Below, piece after piece: positions 58,459 to 60,411 of a stretch of 60,411 bases of DNA. Under the pieces are notes generated by a model. That model was not told the origin of the DNA. It saw only the letters and a list, made by a program, of their open reading frames with translations, and ran no database searches. The translations under genes and the position numbers were made by a program. Positions within the stretch are counted from its first letter, which is position 1, and every line of letters begins with the position of its first letter. Source of the DNA: an uncultured Gammaproteobacteria bacterium (lineage in GTDB: Bacteria > Patescibacteriota > Patescibacteriia > UBA9570 > CAZNEH01); assembly GCA_964572175.1 (NCBI GenBank), contig CAZNEH010000004.1, positions 1 to 60,411 of the forward strand, written 5' to 3'.

Positions 58459-59559
58459 ATGACCACATTAAAAGCCATTATTATAGGCTTTATTTTTGGT
58501 ATCCTGGGAGGAGCTGTTATTAGCGTATCTAGTCTAGTGGTTTATCATTTTTATTTTCAAGATTCAGATACGTTAAATACTACTCAGAATCTAACAGTTC
58601 AAGAAGACTCTGCAGCTGAACAAGCAACTACCAAAGCTAGTCCCTCAGTAGTCAGTATTGTTATTTCTAAAGATTTGGGCAGTTATTATAAAAATTATTC
58701 TTCTTATCAAGAGGTTGGCGGAGGAACTGGTTTTATTATTTCAGAAGATGGTCTTATTTTAACTAATCGCCATGTTGTTACTGATCAACAGGCAGACTAC
58801 ACCGTAGTTATGTCCGACGACACCACTTACGACGCTGAAGTGTTGTCCCGCGACCCAGTTAACGACTTAGCTATCTTAAAAATAAACGCCGAAGAGTTAG
58901 AAGTTATCGAACTAGGGGATTCTAGTGATCTTAGTGCTGGTCAAACTGTTATTGCTATTGGTAATAGCTTAGCTGAGTACCAAAATACCGTCACCAAAGG
59001 CATAATTTCCGGCTTAGCGCGTGATTTAGGTGGTAACCTGACTAATCTTATTCAAACTGATGCTTCTATTAACCAGGGTAATTCTGGCGGCCCATTAATT
59101 AACTTGTCTGGTCAAGTAATCGGTATTAACGTAGCTATCGACCGGACAGAATTAGCCGAGGGAATTGGTTTCGCTATTCCTATAGACGATGCTAAATCTG
59201 CTATTGCCAGTGTTCAAAAATATGGCCGTATTATCCGCCCCATGCTTGGTATTCGCTATATTCCTTTAACTGAAGAAATCGCTGCAGAAAATAGCCTTGA
59301 TTATAGCTACGGAGCTTTAATTATCCGAGGTTCTAATCCTAATCAATTAGCTGTTATTCCTGGATCACCAGCCGACAAGGCCGGGTTAGTAGAAAACGAT
59401 ATTATTTTAGAAGTTGATTCTACTAAAATAGACGAAGACAATAATTTATCTACAATCATAAATAAAAAAACAGTGGGTGACACTGTAACATTAAAGATTT
59501 ATCATGATGGTGAAGAGCAAGAGGTTACCGCCGAGCTTACTGAGATGAATTCAGATTAA
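58459..59559 (+). CDS. HtrA/DegP-like serine protease with PDZ domain
   Basis: LTNRHVV, DLA, INQGNSGGPL, PDZ 'GSPADKAGL'. Confidence 0.92.
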   Translation: MTTLKAIIIGFIFGILGGAVISVSSLVVYHFYFQDSDTLNTTQNLTVQEDSAAEQATTKASPSVVSIVISKDLGSYYKNYSSYQEVGGGTGFIISEDGLILTNRHVVTDQQADYTVVMSDDTTYDAEVLSRDPVNDLAILKINAEELEVIELGDSSDLSAGQTVIAIGNSLAEYQNTVTKGIISGLARDLGGNLTNLIQTDASINQGNSGGPLINLSGQVIGINVAIDRTELAEGIGFAIPIDDAKSAIASVQKYGRIIRPMLGIRYIPLTEEIAAENSLDYSYGALIIRGSNPNQLAVIPGSPADKAGLVENDIILEVDSTKIDEDNNLSTIINKKTVGDTVTLKIYHDGEEQEVTAELTEMNSD

Positions 59560-60062
59560 ATTTTATATAAATAAATACTTACTTCTTTCTTATTTGGCTT
59601 GTCTTGTGTTACTGGCTGCCAGTCTTTAAATTCAAAAGCATAAGAAATAATTTTAGTTCCTGGTTTTAATTCTTTGATTAACTTAGCTTTTAATTTTTTA
59701 GCTATTTTTTCTGGCATTCCAAAAACAAAAATCACATCTGCGGTAGACAAATCTTCTTTATATAAATTTTTTAGTTTTATTATTTTATTCCTAGATCTTA
59801 ATTTAGAATATAAATATAATAAGGGATTAATCTCTAGTCCAATAGCTGTAATATTATCAGGAATAGATCTTATTAGCCTTCCATCTCCACATCCTAGTTC
59901 ATAAAAAACTTGGCCTGGTTTTAAATTTGCTAGCCTTAAAACTCTTTTAATATCTCGCTTTCTTAAAGGTACCCAAGGTGCTAAAGAAAGCCCGCCTAAA
60001 ACAAAGGCTGCTGAAATTATCAGCAGCCCAAAGATTGTTAAAACTAATGGTGAAGGGATCAT
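59556..60062 (-). CDS. Membrane-anchored class I SAM methyltransferase
   Basis: APWVP, ELGCGDGR, LEIN. Confidence 0.85.
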   Translation of the reverse strand: MIPSPLVLTIFGLLIISAAFVLGGLSLAPWVPLRKRDIKRVLRLANLKPGQVFYELGCGDGRLIRSIPDNITAIGLEINPLLYLYSKLRSRNKIIKLKNLYKEDLSTADVIFVFGMPEKIAKKLKAKLIKELKPGTKIISYAFEFKDWQPVTQDKPNKKEVSIYLYKI

Positions 60063-60411
60063 CTATTCACAAGAAGCATCGCCAGTACTAGCAGAAGCAG
60101 CACCTAAAGTTGTGCTACATGCTTCCGGAGCATTAATAAAAGCAGAACAAATTCCTGTTTTATAATCTTCTGGAGCTCGTCCACCACTATACAGAGAATC
60201 ATTAATTACTAAAGCAGGGGATCCAGAAATATCATATTTTTCATTAAGCTCTACCTCAGTAGCTAGTAAGCTTAAAGCATCATTTTGTTCACAAGTTTTT
60301 ACACTAGTCGCATTAACTCCAGTAGTTGCGGCTACACCTTCCCAGCAAGTATCTACATCATTATAAGTACAAGTCTTATTAATCGCATCTACAAAATCCC
60401 AGTATTTATCT
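60063..60411 (-). CDS. 5'-truncated thioredoxin/DsbA-fold protein (C-terminal part)
   Basis: Open frame DKYWDFV...KYDISGSPALVIND...DASCE*. Confidence 0.55.
   Translation of the reverse strand, partial: DKYWDFVDAINKTCTYNDVDTCWEGVAATTGVNATSVKTCEQNDALSLLATEVELNEKYDISGSPALVINDSLYSGGRAPEDYKTGICSAFINAPEACSTTLGAASASTGDASCE

Overview
AT-rich bacterial chromosome segment, very likely Patescibacteria/CPR (inferred from the VirB2-like 'pilin' giant protein, IS481 type, many apparently leaderless genes and Lys-rich secreted proteins). The housekeeping backbone includes xth, pth, der, lepB, hisS, rpsU, ybeY, dgkA, ftsA, ftsZ, nrdR/nrdD/nrdG, a cob(I)alamin adenosyltransferase and an HtrA protease, plus ABC transporters, rubrerythrin/desulfoferrodoxin and FG-GAP surface proteins. 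The standout signal is eight small genes with GC-rich, C-ending codons (sampled lines 60-73% GC versus about 37% in a hisS line) in three islands: 10.1-11.5 kb, 25.5-27.7 kb and 31.7-33.2 kb. Six of the eight have a strong GAAAGGAG Shine-Dalgarno. In the 25-33 kb islands they are separated by a reused structured-RNA module (3' pseudoknot, GC hairpin, U-tract-sequestering hairpin, multibranch motif) whose copies show compensatory base changes. The cargo includes a DUF1874/AcrIII-1-like ring-nuclease homologue, an NLTPH-motif (Crn4-like) protein and a MYG1 nuclease. A ~700-nt structured noncoding leader precedes the first array, and a separate ~250-nt sRNA candidate displays two anti-Shine-Dalgarno loops. 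My hypothesis (inference only) is an RNA-structured cassette system of anti-defence or effector genes formatted for a GC-rich host's ribosomes.
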